Part shown: positions 24,750 to 40,404 of the stretch, piece after piece | How positions within the stretch are numbered: the first letter of the stretch is position 1 | Layout: the number at the start of each line of letters is the position of its first letter | Source of the DNA: an uncultured delta proteobacterium | Lineage (GTDB): Bacteria; Myxococcota; Myxococcia; Myxococcales; Anaeromyxobacteraceae | Length of the DNA: 64,000 nucleotides | NCBI GenBank assembly: GCA_963739565.1 | Contig: CAVUBF010000008.1 | Span: 343,234-407,233, forward strand | Direction of reading: 5' to 3' | The notes under the pieces: model-generated | The model's input: only the letters and a program-made list of their open reading frames with translations | The model's database searches: none | What the model was told of the DNA's origin: nothing | Made by a program: the position numbers and the translations under genes

Positions 24750-25715
24750 TCAAATCGCGAGGAGCCCCGCCTTCACGGCGGCGAGGGTCGACGTCCCCAT
24801 GGCGAGCCAGAGCGCGACCCCGAGCGCGAGGGGCCGCGGGCCGACGGCGCGCAGGGCGTCGCGGGAGAGCCCGACGCCGACGAGGAACAGCGTGACGACC
24901 AGGGCGCGCTGCGCGATCTGGGCGACGAGGTGGCCGGCGGGCCGGAGCGCCGGGATCCAGGTGGCGAGCGCCGCGGCGGCGACGAACCCCAGGATGAACC
25001 AGGGCGGGTGGCCACCCCGGTGGCCGGCGGCGCCGCCGCGGGCGCGCTCGACCGCGCCGAGCGCGAGGGTGAGCGGGACGATCCAGAGCGCGCGGGCGAG
25101 CTTCACGGTGGTCGCGACCTCGAGCGCGGTGGGCCCGTAATGGAGCGCCGCGCCGACGACGCTGCTCGTGTCGTGGATCGCGAGGGCGGCCCACAGGCCG
25201 AACGCGGGCTCGGCGAGGCCGGCGGCGTGCCCGATGCCCGGGAAGACGAGGAGCGCCACCGAGTTGAGGACGAACACGGTCCCGAGGGCCACCGACATCT
25301 CGCGGTCGTCGGCGCCGAGGACCGGGCCGGCCGCGGCGATGGCGCTCCCGCCGCAGATCGCGGTCCCGACCATGACGAGGAGCCCGGTGCGCCGCTCCAC
25401 GCGGAGCGCCCGCGCGAGCAAGGTCCCGAGCGCCATGCAGCCGGCGATGGTCGCGACGGTGTAGGCGAACCCGTGGAACCCGGCCCGCCCGACCGCGACG
25501 AGGTCCATCGCGCCGCCGAGGCCGACGACGGACGCGGGGAGGAGCCTCCGCGAGAGCGTGCGGGTGCGCGCCGCGAGGGGGTTCCCCAGGGCGAGGGCGA
25601 TGACGACGCCGGCGGCGAGCGCCGCGGCGGCGGGGACGCCGGGCATCGCGGAGCCGGCGGCGCCCGCGATCACGGCCGCGGCGGCGACGCGCTCGCGGCG
25701 GGAGCGGGGAGGCAC
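24750..25715 (-). CDS. YeiH / putative sulfate exporter family membrane protein
   Basis: GTAICGGSAIAA, FGLWAALAIHDTSSVVGAA, ATTVKLARALWI. Confidence 0.88.
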   Translation of the reverse strand: MPPRSRRERVAAAAVIAGAAGSAMPGVPAAAALAAGVVIALALGNPLAARTRTLSRRLLPASVVGLGGAMDLVAVGRAGFHGFAYTVATIAGCMALGTLLARALRVERRTGLLVMVGTAICGGSAIAAAGPVLGADDREMSVALGTVFVLNSVALLVFPGIGHAAGLAEPAFGLWAALAIHDTSSVVGAALHYGPTALEVATTVKLARALWIVPLTLALGAVERARGGAAGHRGGHPPWFILGFVAAAALATWIPALRPAGHLVAQIAQRALVVTLFLVGVGLSRDALRAVGPRPLALGVALWLAMGTSTLAAVKAGLLAI

Positions 25716-25764
25716 GCCGCAGTGTACCGCGCGCCGGACGGGGCCGCGGGCGGCCCTGCGGCGT

Positions 25765-26337
25765 TCACCCTCGGCGGAGAAGGAGCGTGCAGAACGCGCC
25801 GGGGAACCGCGACGCGAGGACGGCGCACCCGGCGGCGAGGTACGCGGCCTCGAGCTCGCCGGCCCAGCCCCGCAGGAGGCCCGAGAGCACGAGGCGCCCG
25901 CCCGGCCGGGCGAGGGGCGCGATGCTCGCGGCCTCGTCGAGGAGCAGCTCGCCGCCGACGTTGGCGACCACGAGATCGAAGGGGCCGCCGCGGACGTCGG
26001 CCGGACCGCCCTGGAGGTGCTCGACGCGCCCGTCCACGGCGTTGAGGATCGCGTTCCGCCGGGCGCTCGCGACCGCGTCGGGGTTCACGTCGACGCAGAG
26101 CGCCCGCGCCGCGCCGAGGCGCACCGCGGCGAGGGCGAGGATCCCGGAGCCGCTGCCGACGTCCACGACGCGCTGCCCGTCGAGGGGCGCGAGCGAGGCG
26201 AGGAGCTCGAGGCAGCTCGCCGTCGTCGGGTGGGTCCCGCCGCCGAAGGCGCTCGCGCCGACGACGAGGTCCATCGGGCCGGACGCGCCGGCGCCGGCGG
26301 AGGGAGGGAGGATGCGGAACGGATGGGGAGCGAGCAC
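25765..26337 (-). CDS. PrmA-like SAM-dependent methyltransferase (short, N-domain largely absent)
   Basis: AFGGGTHPTTASCL, DVGSGSGILA, DLVVANV, LVLSGLL. Confidence 0.8.
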   Translation of the reverse strand: MLAPHPFRILPPSAGAGASGPMDLVVGASAFGGGTHPTTASCLELLASLAPLDGQRVVDVGSGSGILALAAVRLGAARALCVDVNPDAVASARRNAILNAVDGRVEHLQGGPADVRGGPFDLVVANVGGELLLDEAASIAPLARPGGRLVLSGLLRGWAGELEAAYLAAGCAVLASRFPGAFCTLLLRRG

Positions 26338-26418
26338 GGGCGCGCGAGCTTACCGCGGGGGCGCGTGAGTAGCTTCCGGGTGAGAGGCCGGCACGGCGCC
26401 GGCCCGCCGGGAGGACGC

Positions 26419-26625
26419 ATGAGGAGGTTCGTCGCGGTGGCGCTCGTCGCAGCCGGCTGCGCCCACGCCGGGATCCGGAAGGTCTCCGACTGCGAGCAGG
26501 TGCAGGGCGAGCAGCGGATCGAGTGCGGGGTGTGCGTCGCGCCCAACGAGGCGCAGGGCTGGCTCGGGACGCACGAGTACCGCCCCGAAGCGAAGCCCGG
26601 GGACCGCTGCAAGCCGGTGAAGTGA
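26419..26625 (+). CDS. Small Cys-rich lipoprotein (68 aa)
   Basis: GGAGGA SD; MRRFVAVALVAAGC lipobox; four further Cys. Confidence 0.6.
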   Translation: MRRFVAVALVAAGCAHAGIRKVSDCEQVQGEQRIECGVCVAPNEAQGWLGTHEYRPEAKPGDRCKPVK

Positions 26626-26719
26626 GCGTCCCCGACCGCGCGCCCGCCCGTCCGCGGCCCGGGCGCTCCCCGCGGCCCCGCCGTTGGCACCAGGCGGCGC
26701 CGTCCCCACCGTCACGGGG

Positions 26720-27872
26720 GTGAGAGCGCTCACGTACGAAGGGCCTTACCGCGTCGCGATCCGGAACCATCCCGAGCCGCGCCTCGAGCACCCGCAGGAC
26801 GCCATCGTGAGGGTCCGGACCGCCGCGATCTGCGGCTCGGACCTCCACCTGCTCCACGGCCTCGTCCCCGACACCCGCGTCGGCTCGGTGCTGGGCCACG
26901 AGTTCACGGGGACGATCGAGGAGGTCGGCCCGGAGGTGGAGGGGGTCGCGAGGGGCGACCGGGTCATGCTGCCGTTCCAGAATCTTCTGCGGCGGCTGCT
27001 ACTACTGCCAGCGCGGCCTCACCTCGTGCTGCGAGAGCACGAACCCGTCGAGCGACGCGGGCACCGGCATCTACGGCTACTCGCACACGATGGGCGGGTA
27101 CGACGGCGGGCAGGCCGAGTACGTCCGGGTCCCCTTCGTCGGCGTCGACGCCGAGAAGATCCCGGAGGGCGTCGAGGACCTCGACGCGCTGCCCATCACC
27201 GACGCCTTCACCACCGGGTACCAGGCCGCGGAGATGTGCGACCTCGACGGCGGCGAGACCGTCCTCGTCCTCGGCTGCGGCCCGGTCGGCCTCTTCGCGA
27301 TGTGGTCGGCCTGGGCGATGGGCGCGGGGCGGGTGATCGCGGTGGACCACCTCGAGTACCGCCTCGAGTTCGCGCGGCGCTGGCTCGGCGTCGAGACCCT
27401 GAACTTCAGGGACGTCGACCTCGTCACGATCGTGAAGGGGATGACCGAGGGGCGCGGCGCCGACGCGAGCATCGACGCGGTCGGCGTGGAGGCGGCGGGA
27501 TCGGCGTTCCACCGCGCCCTCGGCATCTACGCCAAGGTCGAGGCCGGGTCGCCCATGGCGCTCGACACCGCCATCCACGCGACGAAGAAGGCGGGGACGA
27601 TCTCCGTCATCGGCGTCTACGGCCCGCCCATGACCGGCGTCGACATCGGCACCTTCATGAACAAGGCGCAGACGATGCGGACGGGGCAGGCGAGCGTGAA
27701 GCGCTACATGCCGCGCCTGCTCGAGCACGTGCAGGCGGGCCGGATCCGTCCGAGCCAGGTCTTCACCCACCGCGTGCCGCTCGAGGACGCGCCCCGCGCG
27801 TACCACACCTTCGCCCGCAAGCAGGACGGCTGCATCAAGGTCGCGCTGCTGCCGGGCGGGACCCTCCACTAG
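26720..27872 (+). CDS. Zn-dependent alcohol/formaldehyde dehydrogenase-like (frameshift near 26980)
   Basis: AICGSDLH, GHEF, CGGCYYC..C, GGYDGGQAEYVRVP, GCGPVG. Confidence 0.9.
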
Positions 27873-27884
27873 GACGGAGCCCCC

Positions 27885-28328
27885 ATGGACGAGCCCGTCG
27901 TGACGACGCCCGAGGCCGCGCAGCGGCACGAGGCCTACCAGTCGCTCCAGCCGGTGACGCGCCCGCCGTGGTGGGGCGTGGACCGGGACCGGGCCCGGCG
28001 GCCCGGCGTGCCCATGATGCGGGCGCCGCAGCCCTGGCCCCACACCCGGTTCCCGCCGGCGCGCCAGCAGGGCGAGCCCTCCGCGCCCATGCACGGCCGC
28101 CCGAACAAGACGATGCCGCCGGTCTTCGGGACGGCGGTGCCCCTCCACGGCCTCTCCGGCGCGGTGCGGCGCCTCGCCTACCGCTACCCGGACCACGCGC
28201 CGGCGCACTGGGTCCTCAAGATGCTCGGAGACCGGGTGGACTCCTGGTCGCTGCGCGTCCGCCGCGCGCTGCCGGTGCTCGTGCCCGCCGCCGTGGTGGT
28301 GCTGCTCCTGCGACGCGCCAGGTCCTGA
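27885..28328 (+). CDS. Hypothetical protein with C-terminal TM segment
   Basis: Intact ORF with SD, 12 bp after the ADH gene; PVFGTAVPLHGLSGAVRRLAY..HWVLKMLGDRVD. Confidence 0.7.
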   Translation: MDEPVVTTPEAAQRHEAYQSLQPVTRPPWWGVDRDRARRPGVPMMRAPQPWPHTRFPPARQQGEPSAPMHGRPNKTMPPVFGTAVPLHGLSGAVRRLAYRYPDHAPAHWVLKMLGDRVDSWSLRVRRALPVLVPAAVVVLLLRRARS

Positions 28329-28423
28329 CCGCCGCGCCCCGCCCGGACGGTTGCGAGTCGCAGCGCCCGACGCCATGACTCGGCCGCCGCGGCGGTCGCG
28401 GCCCAAGACGTGAGGAGGTCGCC

Positions 28424-29026
28424 GTGAAGGTCGTCGTCATCGGGGCCACGGGCACCATCGGCAAGGCGGTCGCCGACGCCCTCGCGCTGCGCCACGAGGT
28501 GGTCCGAGCGTCGCGGGGTGGTCCGGTCGAGGCGGACCTCGAGGACCGGGTCTCCCTCGACCGGCTCTTCGAGAGCGTGAAGGACGTCGACGCGGTGGTC
28601 TGCTGCGCCGGCAGCGCGGCGTTCAAGCCGCTCGCGCAGCTCGCCGACGCCGACTTCCAGCTCGGCCTGAGGTCGAAGCTGATGGGGCAGGTGAACCTGG
28701 TCCGCGCCGCGATGGGCCGGCTCCGGGACGGCGGCTCCATCACGCTCACCTCCGGCGTGCTCGCCCGGGAGCCGATGCCGGGCGGCGCCGCCATCTCCCT
28801 CGTGAACGCGGCGCTCGAGGGGTTCGTCACGGGCGCCTCCATCGAGCTGCCGCGCGGACTGCGGCTGAACGTCGTCTCGCCCCCGTGGATCTCGGAGACC
28901 CTCGTCGCGCTGAAGATGGACCCGAAGGGCGGCATCTCCGCCGCTGCCTGCGCGAAGGCCTACGTCGTCGCGGTCGAGGGGAAGGACCAGGGCAAGACCC
29001 TCGACGCGCGGACCTACGCCAGGTGA
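28424..29026 (+). CDS. Short-chain dehydrogenase
   Basis: IGATGTIG, SKLMGQVNLV, GSITLTSG, RLNVVSP. Confidence 0.88.
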   Translation: MKVVVIGATGTIGKAVADALALRHEVVRASRGGPVEADLEDRVSLDRLFESVKDVDAVVCCAGSAAFKPLAQLADADFQLGLRSKLMGQVNLVRAAMGRLRDGGSITLTSGVLAREPMPGGAAISLVNAALEGFVTGASIELPRGLRLNVVSPPWISETLVALKMDPKGGISAAACAKAYVVAVEGKDQGKTLDARTYAR

Positions 29027-29084
29027 GCGGACGCCGGCGACGGCGGGCCCCGCCGTCGCGCGGCACCACGTCAACGTCTCTGGG

Positions 29085-29780
29085 TCAGCGGTGGCCGCCG
29101 CGCGGCGAGAATCCGCCGTGCCCGCCGCCGTGCCCGCCGCCGCCCATCGGTGCGCCGCCCGCGACGCCGCCGGCCCGGTACGGCGCGGCCCCCGGCACGC
29201 CCGGGCGAAAGGCGCCGTGCGGCTGGTACGCCGGGAACGGCCTGCGTGGCGAATAGTACGGATACCCGTAGGCCGGCCCGTACCGGTACGGCACGCCCCA
29301 GCCCCAGCCGTACCAGCCGAAGCCCCAGGGGCCCGCGACGCCGAACCACGGCGACGGTCCATAGCCCCAGACCCACGGCGCCGCGACCCACGTCCACCCG
29401 AGCCCCGCGCCGTAGACGTACTGATACGGCTCGCCGCCCGAGTACTCCGGGACGGAGGTGTAGGCGTCGCCGTAGGGCATCCAGACCCAGCCGTACTGCT
29501 GCGTGTAGACCCACTGGCCGGGCGGAGTCTGCGCCGGCACGGGCTGGGCGTTCGCGGACGTCCCCGCGGGCGGGCTCGACGGCGGGGGTGGGGTCGCGGG
29601 GGCCGCCGGCGCCGGCACCGGCGCCGGCGCGTCGGCGGACCCCGCCGGTTCGTTCACCCACCCCGTCGCCGCCGTCGCGGCCTGCGCCGGGTCGGGGCGC
29701 GGCCAGGACTCCTCGGCCGCGCGCGAGGTGAAGGGCGCCGCGAGCGCGGCGCACACGATGAGGATCCTCGGGGAGCGCAT
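29085..29780 (-). CDS. Secreted Trp/Tyr/Gly-rich protein (paralog B)
   Basis: Signal peptide; GQWVYTQQYGWVWMPY..GWTWVAAPWVWGYGPSPWFG; GGGH tail. Confidence 0.75.
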   Translation of the reverse strand: MRSPRILIVCAALAAPFTSRAAEESWPRPDPAQAATAATGWVNEPAGSADAPAPVPAPAAPATPPPPSSPPAGTSANAQPVPAQTPPGQWVYTQQYGWVWMPYGDAYTSVPEYSGGEPYQYVYGAGLGWTWVAAPWVWGYGPSPWFGVAGPWGFGWYGWGWGVPYRYGPAYGYPYYSPRRPFPAYQPHGAFRPGVPGAAPYRAGGVAGGAPMGGGGHGGGHGGFSPRGGHR

Positions 29781-30032
29781 GATGGGCCTCCATCACCCAT
29801 CTCCATTCTAACGCCACCGGGGGGTGCAGGCGCTGTCGCACGGGCAACCGGCTGGACGCCCGTCCGGAGCGCGGTCAAATTCGACATAACCACTCCATTT
29901 TCGGACGGATCCGCTCCTTGACGTCCCCTCGGGGTACGCGGCATGGTGCATCCCCGCGCGGGCGGCACCCCGTGCAACCTCGCGTCCCCGCAAACGACGC
30001 CGCTGCACATCCACGAAGAAGGGAAAGGCTCA

Positions 30033-30695
30033 ATGCGACTGTTCTCGGATTCGATCGGAAGAAAGGTGGTCATGGCGATCACAGGGCTCCTGATGGTCCT
30101 GTTCGTCATCGGCCACATGCTGGGCAACCTCACGATCTTCGCCGGTCCGAACGGCATCAACAGCTACGCGTTCCACCTGCACGAGCTCGCGCCGGTGGTG
30201 TGGGGCACGCGGGTGGTGATGGGCGTCGCGGTCCTGCTGCACCTCTTCCTGTCGATCCAGATCACCCTCGAGAACTCGGCGGCGAAGCCGGACCGCTACG
30301 CGGTGCAGAGCTCGCTCCGCGCGACCTTCGCGAGCAAGAACATGATCTGGACGGGCGCGATCATCGGCGCGTTCATCCTCTACCACCTGCTCCACTTCAC
30401 CTTCCGCGTCACGCCGAACCTGGTCCTCCTGACCGACTACCAGAACCGGTTCGACGTCTACACGATGGTGGTGAAGGCCCTGGGCGGCGTCGCGACCGGC
30501 ATCGTCTACATCGTCGCGATGCTCTCGCTCTTCTTCCACCTGTCCCACGGGATCCAGAGCACCGCTCAGACCCTCGGGCTCTCGAACGGGTTCCTGCTGC
30601 CGCGCTGGGGCGCGGTGGGGAAGGTCCTCTCGGTGATCTTCCTCGTCGGCTTCGCCTCGATTCCCGCCGTCATTCTCTTCGGCGTCCTCAGCTAA
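30033..30695 (+). CDS. sdhC: Succinate dehydrogenase/fumarate reductase cytochrome b subunit
   Basis: SIGRKVVMAITGL..HMLGNL, five TM segments, conserved heme His (HLLHF, HLSHG). Confidence 0.92.
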   Translation: MRLFSDSIGRKVVMAITGLLMVLFVIGHMLGNLTIFAGPNGINSYAFHLHELAPVVWGTRVVMGVAVLLHLFLSIQITLENSAAKPDRYAVQSSLRATFASKNMIWTGAIIGAFILYHLLHFTFRVTPNLVLLTDYQNRFDVYTMVVKALGGVATGIVYIVAMLSLFFHLSHGIQSTAQTLGLSNGFLLPRWGAVGKVLSVIFLVGFASIPAVILFGVLS

Positions 30696-30707
30696 GGGGT
30701 AACGAAC

Positions 30708-32625
<1,918 letters not shown>

Positions 32626-32626
<1 letters not shown>

Positions 32627-33441
32627 TGAGCGCTCACGCTTCCGATCACAAGACGATGACCCTGAAGCTGATCGTCTGGCGGCAGGACGGTCCGGACAAG
32701 CCGGGTCGCTTCGAGCACTACGAGGCGAAGAACATCACCCCCCACCACTCGTTCCTCGAGATGCTCGACTGCGTCAACGAGGACCTCATCAAGGCGGGGA
32801 AGGACCCCATCGCCTTCGACCACGACTGCCGCGAGGGCATCTGCGGCATGTGCTCGGCGGTCGTGAACGGCGTCCCGCACGGCGGGCAGAAGCGCACCAC
32901 GCTCTGCCAGCTCCACATGCGGACGTTCAGCGACGGCGACGTGATCTACCTCGAGCCCTGGCGGGCGCGGGCGTTCCCGATCATCAAGGACCTCGTCGTG
33001 AGCCGCGGCGCGCTGGACAAGCTCATCCAGGCGGCCGGCCACGTCGCCGTCCACACGGGCGGCGTGCCGGACGGCAACGCGATCCTGGTGGGCAAGCGCG
33101 AGGCCGACTACGCCATGGACGCGGCCGAGTGCATTGGCTGCGGCGCGTGCGTGGCGGCCTGCCCGAACGGCGCGGCGATGCTCTTCGCCGGCGCCAAGGT
33201 GTCTCAGCTCGCCGAGCTGCCGCAGGGCCAGGTCGAGGCGGCCGATCGCGTCGCCGAGATGGTGAAGGCGATGGCCGAGAACGGGTTCGGCAACTGCTCG
33301 AACCACTACGAGTGCCAGGCGGCCTGCCCGAAGGGCATCGACGTGAAGTTCATCGCCCGACTGAACCGGGAGTTCGTGAAGGCCCTGGTCCTCGACAAGG
33401 TCGGCGCGCTGCCGAAGTCGGCGGCGGGCGCCGGCGCGTAG
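32626..33441 (+). CDS. sdhB: Succinate dehydrogenase/fumarate reductase Fe-S subunit
   Basis: [33 protein letters not shown]; TAATG overlap with sdhA. Confidence 0.95.
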
Positions 33442-33461
33442 CCAGCGTCGAAGCGTGACGG

Positions 33462-33495
33462 GACGGGGCAGGGGCGGCGACGCCTCTGCCCCGTC
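33462..33495 (+). terminator. GC hairpin after sdhB
   Basis: GACGGGGCAGGGGCG-GCGA-CGCCTCTGCCCCGTC; no clear U-tract. Confidence 0.5.
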
Positions 33496-33630
33496 GACTT
33501 CGTACCGGGGGAGTGCTCGGTTCCCGCCGGCTTCGCGACGGGAACGGGCGCTCCATGACGTCGGGGGCGCGTGGCGCCCCCGAACCCGGGCTGCTCGCTC
33601 CGGGGCAGCGTCATCCGGCTGCCCCTGCGC

Positions 33631-33676
33631 TCGCGAAATGGAGTCACGTGAACTGAGTCACGCGAACTGGAGTCAC
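33631..33676 (+). repeat. 14-15 bp tandem repeat, about 3 copies
   Basis: TCGCGAAATGGAGTC ACGTGAACTGAGTC ACGCGAACTGGAGTC AC immediately before the ATPase start. Confidence 0.7.
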
Positions 33677-33678
33677 TG

Positions 33679-34569
33679 GTGAGCCTCGATCCGGAGCTGA
33701 CGGAGCGTCTGAAGCGGGTCCTCGCGGCGGTGGAGCCGCTCTTGCCGCGCCCGCTCCAGAAGGTCGACTGGGCGACCTGCCACGCCGCGAACTGGCGGCG
33801 GTCCACCTTCGCCGGGACGATGGAGCCCGTCCCGAGCGTCGAGACGATCCACCTCGAGGACCTCCTCGGCATCGAGCCGCAGAAGCGGATGGTCGAGGAG
33901 AACACCCGGCAGTTCATCGCCGGGCTCCCCGCCAACAACGCGCTGCTCTGGGGGGTGCGCGGCACCGGCAAGTCCTCCCTCGTCCGCGCGCTGCTCCACG
34001 CCTACGCCGGCCGGGGCCTGCGCATCGTCCAGGTGGACAAGGACGACCTCGTCAGCCTCCCGGCCATCGTCGACGAGGTGAAGGGGCAGCCGTACCGGTT
34101 CATCGTCTTCTCCGACGACCTCTCCTTCGAGAGCGGCGACGCGAGCTACAAGGTGCTGAAGAGCGCCCTCGACGGCTCGGTCTACGGCGTCCCGGACAAC
34201 GTGCTCATCTACGTCACCTCCAACCGGCGCCACCTCGTCTCCGAGTACGAGAGCGACAACCGCGGCGCGATGCTCGTCGAGGGCGAGGTCCACCACGGCG
34301 AGGCGGTCGAGGAGAAGATCTCGCTCTCGGGGCGCTTCGGCCTGTGGGTCGGGTTCCATCCCTTCAGCCAGGACCTCTACGTCGACGTGGTGCGGCGCTG
34401 GGTGGAGAAGCTCGCGGCGAAGCTCGGGACGAGCGTCCCGTGGACGAAGGAGGCCGAGGCGGCGGCGATCCTCTGGTCGCAGAAGAAGGGCGATCGCAGC
34501 GGCCGCATCGCCTACCAGTTCGCCTGCGACTTCGTCGGGCGGAGCGTCCTCGAGCGGCGCGGCGCGTGA
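33679..34569 (+). CDS. AAA+ ATP-binding protein, DUF815-like
   Basis: PANNALLWGVRGTGKSSL, FSDDLSFE, YKVLKSALDGS, YVTSNRRHL, VEEKISLSGRFGL, RSGRIAYQF. Confidence 0.88.
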   Translation: MSLDPELTERLKRVLAAVEPLLPRPLQKVDWATCHAANWRRSTFAGTMEPVPSVETIHLEDLLGIEPQKRMVEENTRQFIAGLPANNALLWGVRGTGKSSLVRALLHAYAGRGLRIVQVDKDDLVSLPAIVDEVKGQPYRFIVFSDDLSFESGDASYKVLKSALDGSVYGVPDNVLIYVTSNRRHLVSEYESDNRGAMLVEGEVHHGEAVEEKISLSGRFGLWVGFHPFSQDLYVDVVRRWVEKLAAKLGTSVPWTKEAEAAAILWSQKKGDRSGRIAYQFACDFVGRSVLERRGA

Positions 34570-34726
34570 TCGACCGCCGAATCGGCGGGCGCGCGGGCGC
34601 GGCATATCGCCACCCGCCGCACGCGTCGGCGCTCGCCCGGCGCGCCGCCTTCCGTCGCCGGCGCGAGCCGCCCGCGCGAGCGTGCGCGCGCAAGGCTCCG
34701 TCGCGCCGGCTAAACGGTCGTTCTCA

Positions 34727-34769
34727 GACCGCACCGGTCCGCGATCCGAGGACCGCACCGGTCCGCGAT
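34727..34769. repeat. 19-bp perfect direct repeat (24-bp period) upstream of icd
   Basis: GACCGCACCGGTCCGCGAT at 34727-34745 and 34751-34769. Confidence 0.8.
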
Positions 34770-34988
34770 GTCGACGCCCGCCCCCTCGCCCGGATCCACT
34801 CGGGGCGTGACTGGCATCAAGAAATGTTCCGGGCAGAATATGTAGTTTCCGCCGGTTACCGAGGTCCGACCGGAGCACACCCGCACGCCGCCTCCAGGCC
34901 CGTGCATGCGCCCGGTGTCGCTGCCGGAGGGCCCTTCGATCCGGACGATCGGCGCCGGAAACGAAGAGTGAAGGTTCGCAGCTGGTGA

Positions 34989-40170
<5,182 letters not shown>

Positions 40171-40275
40171 TAGGCAAAACGCGCTGCGTCGAAATTGGGA
40201 TGTCGCACCTCGAAATCCCACCGACGGGTCGTCCCGCCTGGTCGCGTAACCGTCCGAAAATGCTTCGGTCACTTC

Positions 40276-40300
40276 CGGCACGTCCCATGCTCATGGGACG
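40276..40300 (+). promoter_or_regulatory. Candidate sigma54 promoter with overlapping inverted repeat
   Basis: CGGCACG-TCCC-ATGCT versus consensus TGGCACG-N4-TTGCW; CGTCCCATG-CT-CATGGGACG (40281-40300) covers the -12 element. Confidence 0.55.
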
Positions 40301-40404
40301 CCAACGTGTCGCACCCGGAGGATGGGCCTCCGGTCCTCGCGCGCATCTCCCAATTTCCCTGGCGGCGCCGGACAGGCGCGCCGGGGCCTTGCCCAGGAGC
40401 AGGA

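Noticed and set aside
34811-34828. sigma54 promoter TGGCATC before icd
   Set aside because: No GC at the required GG-N10 position
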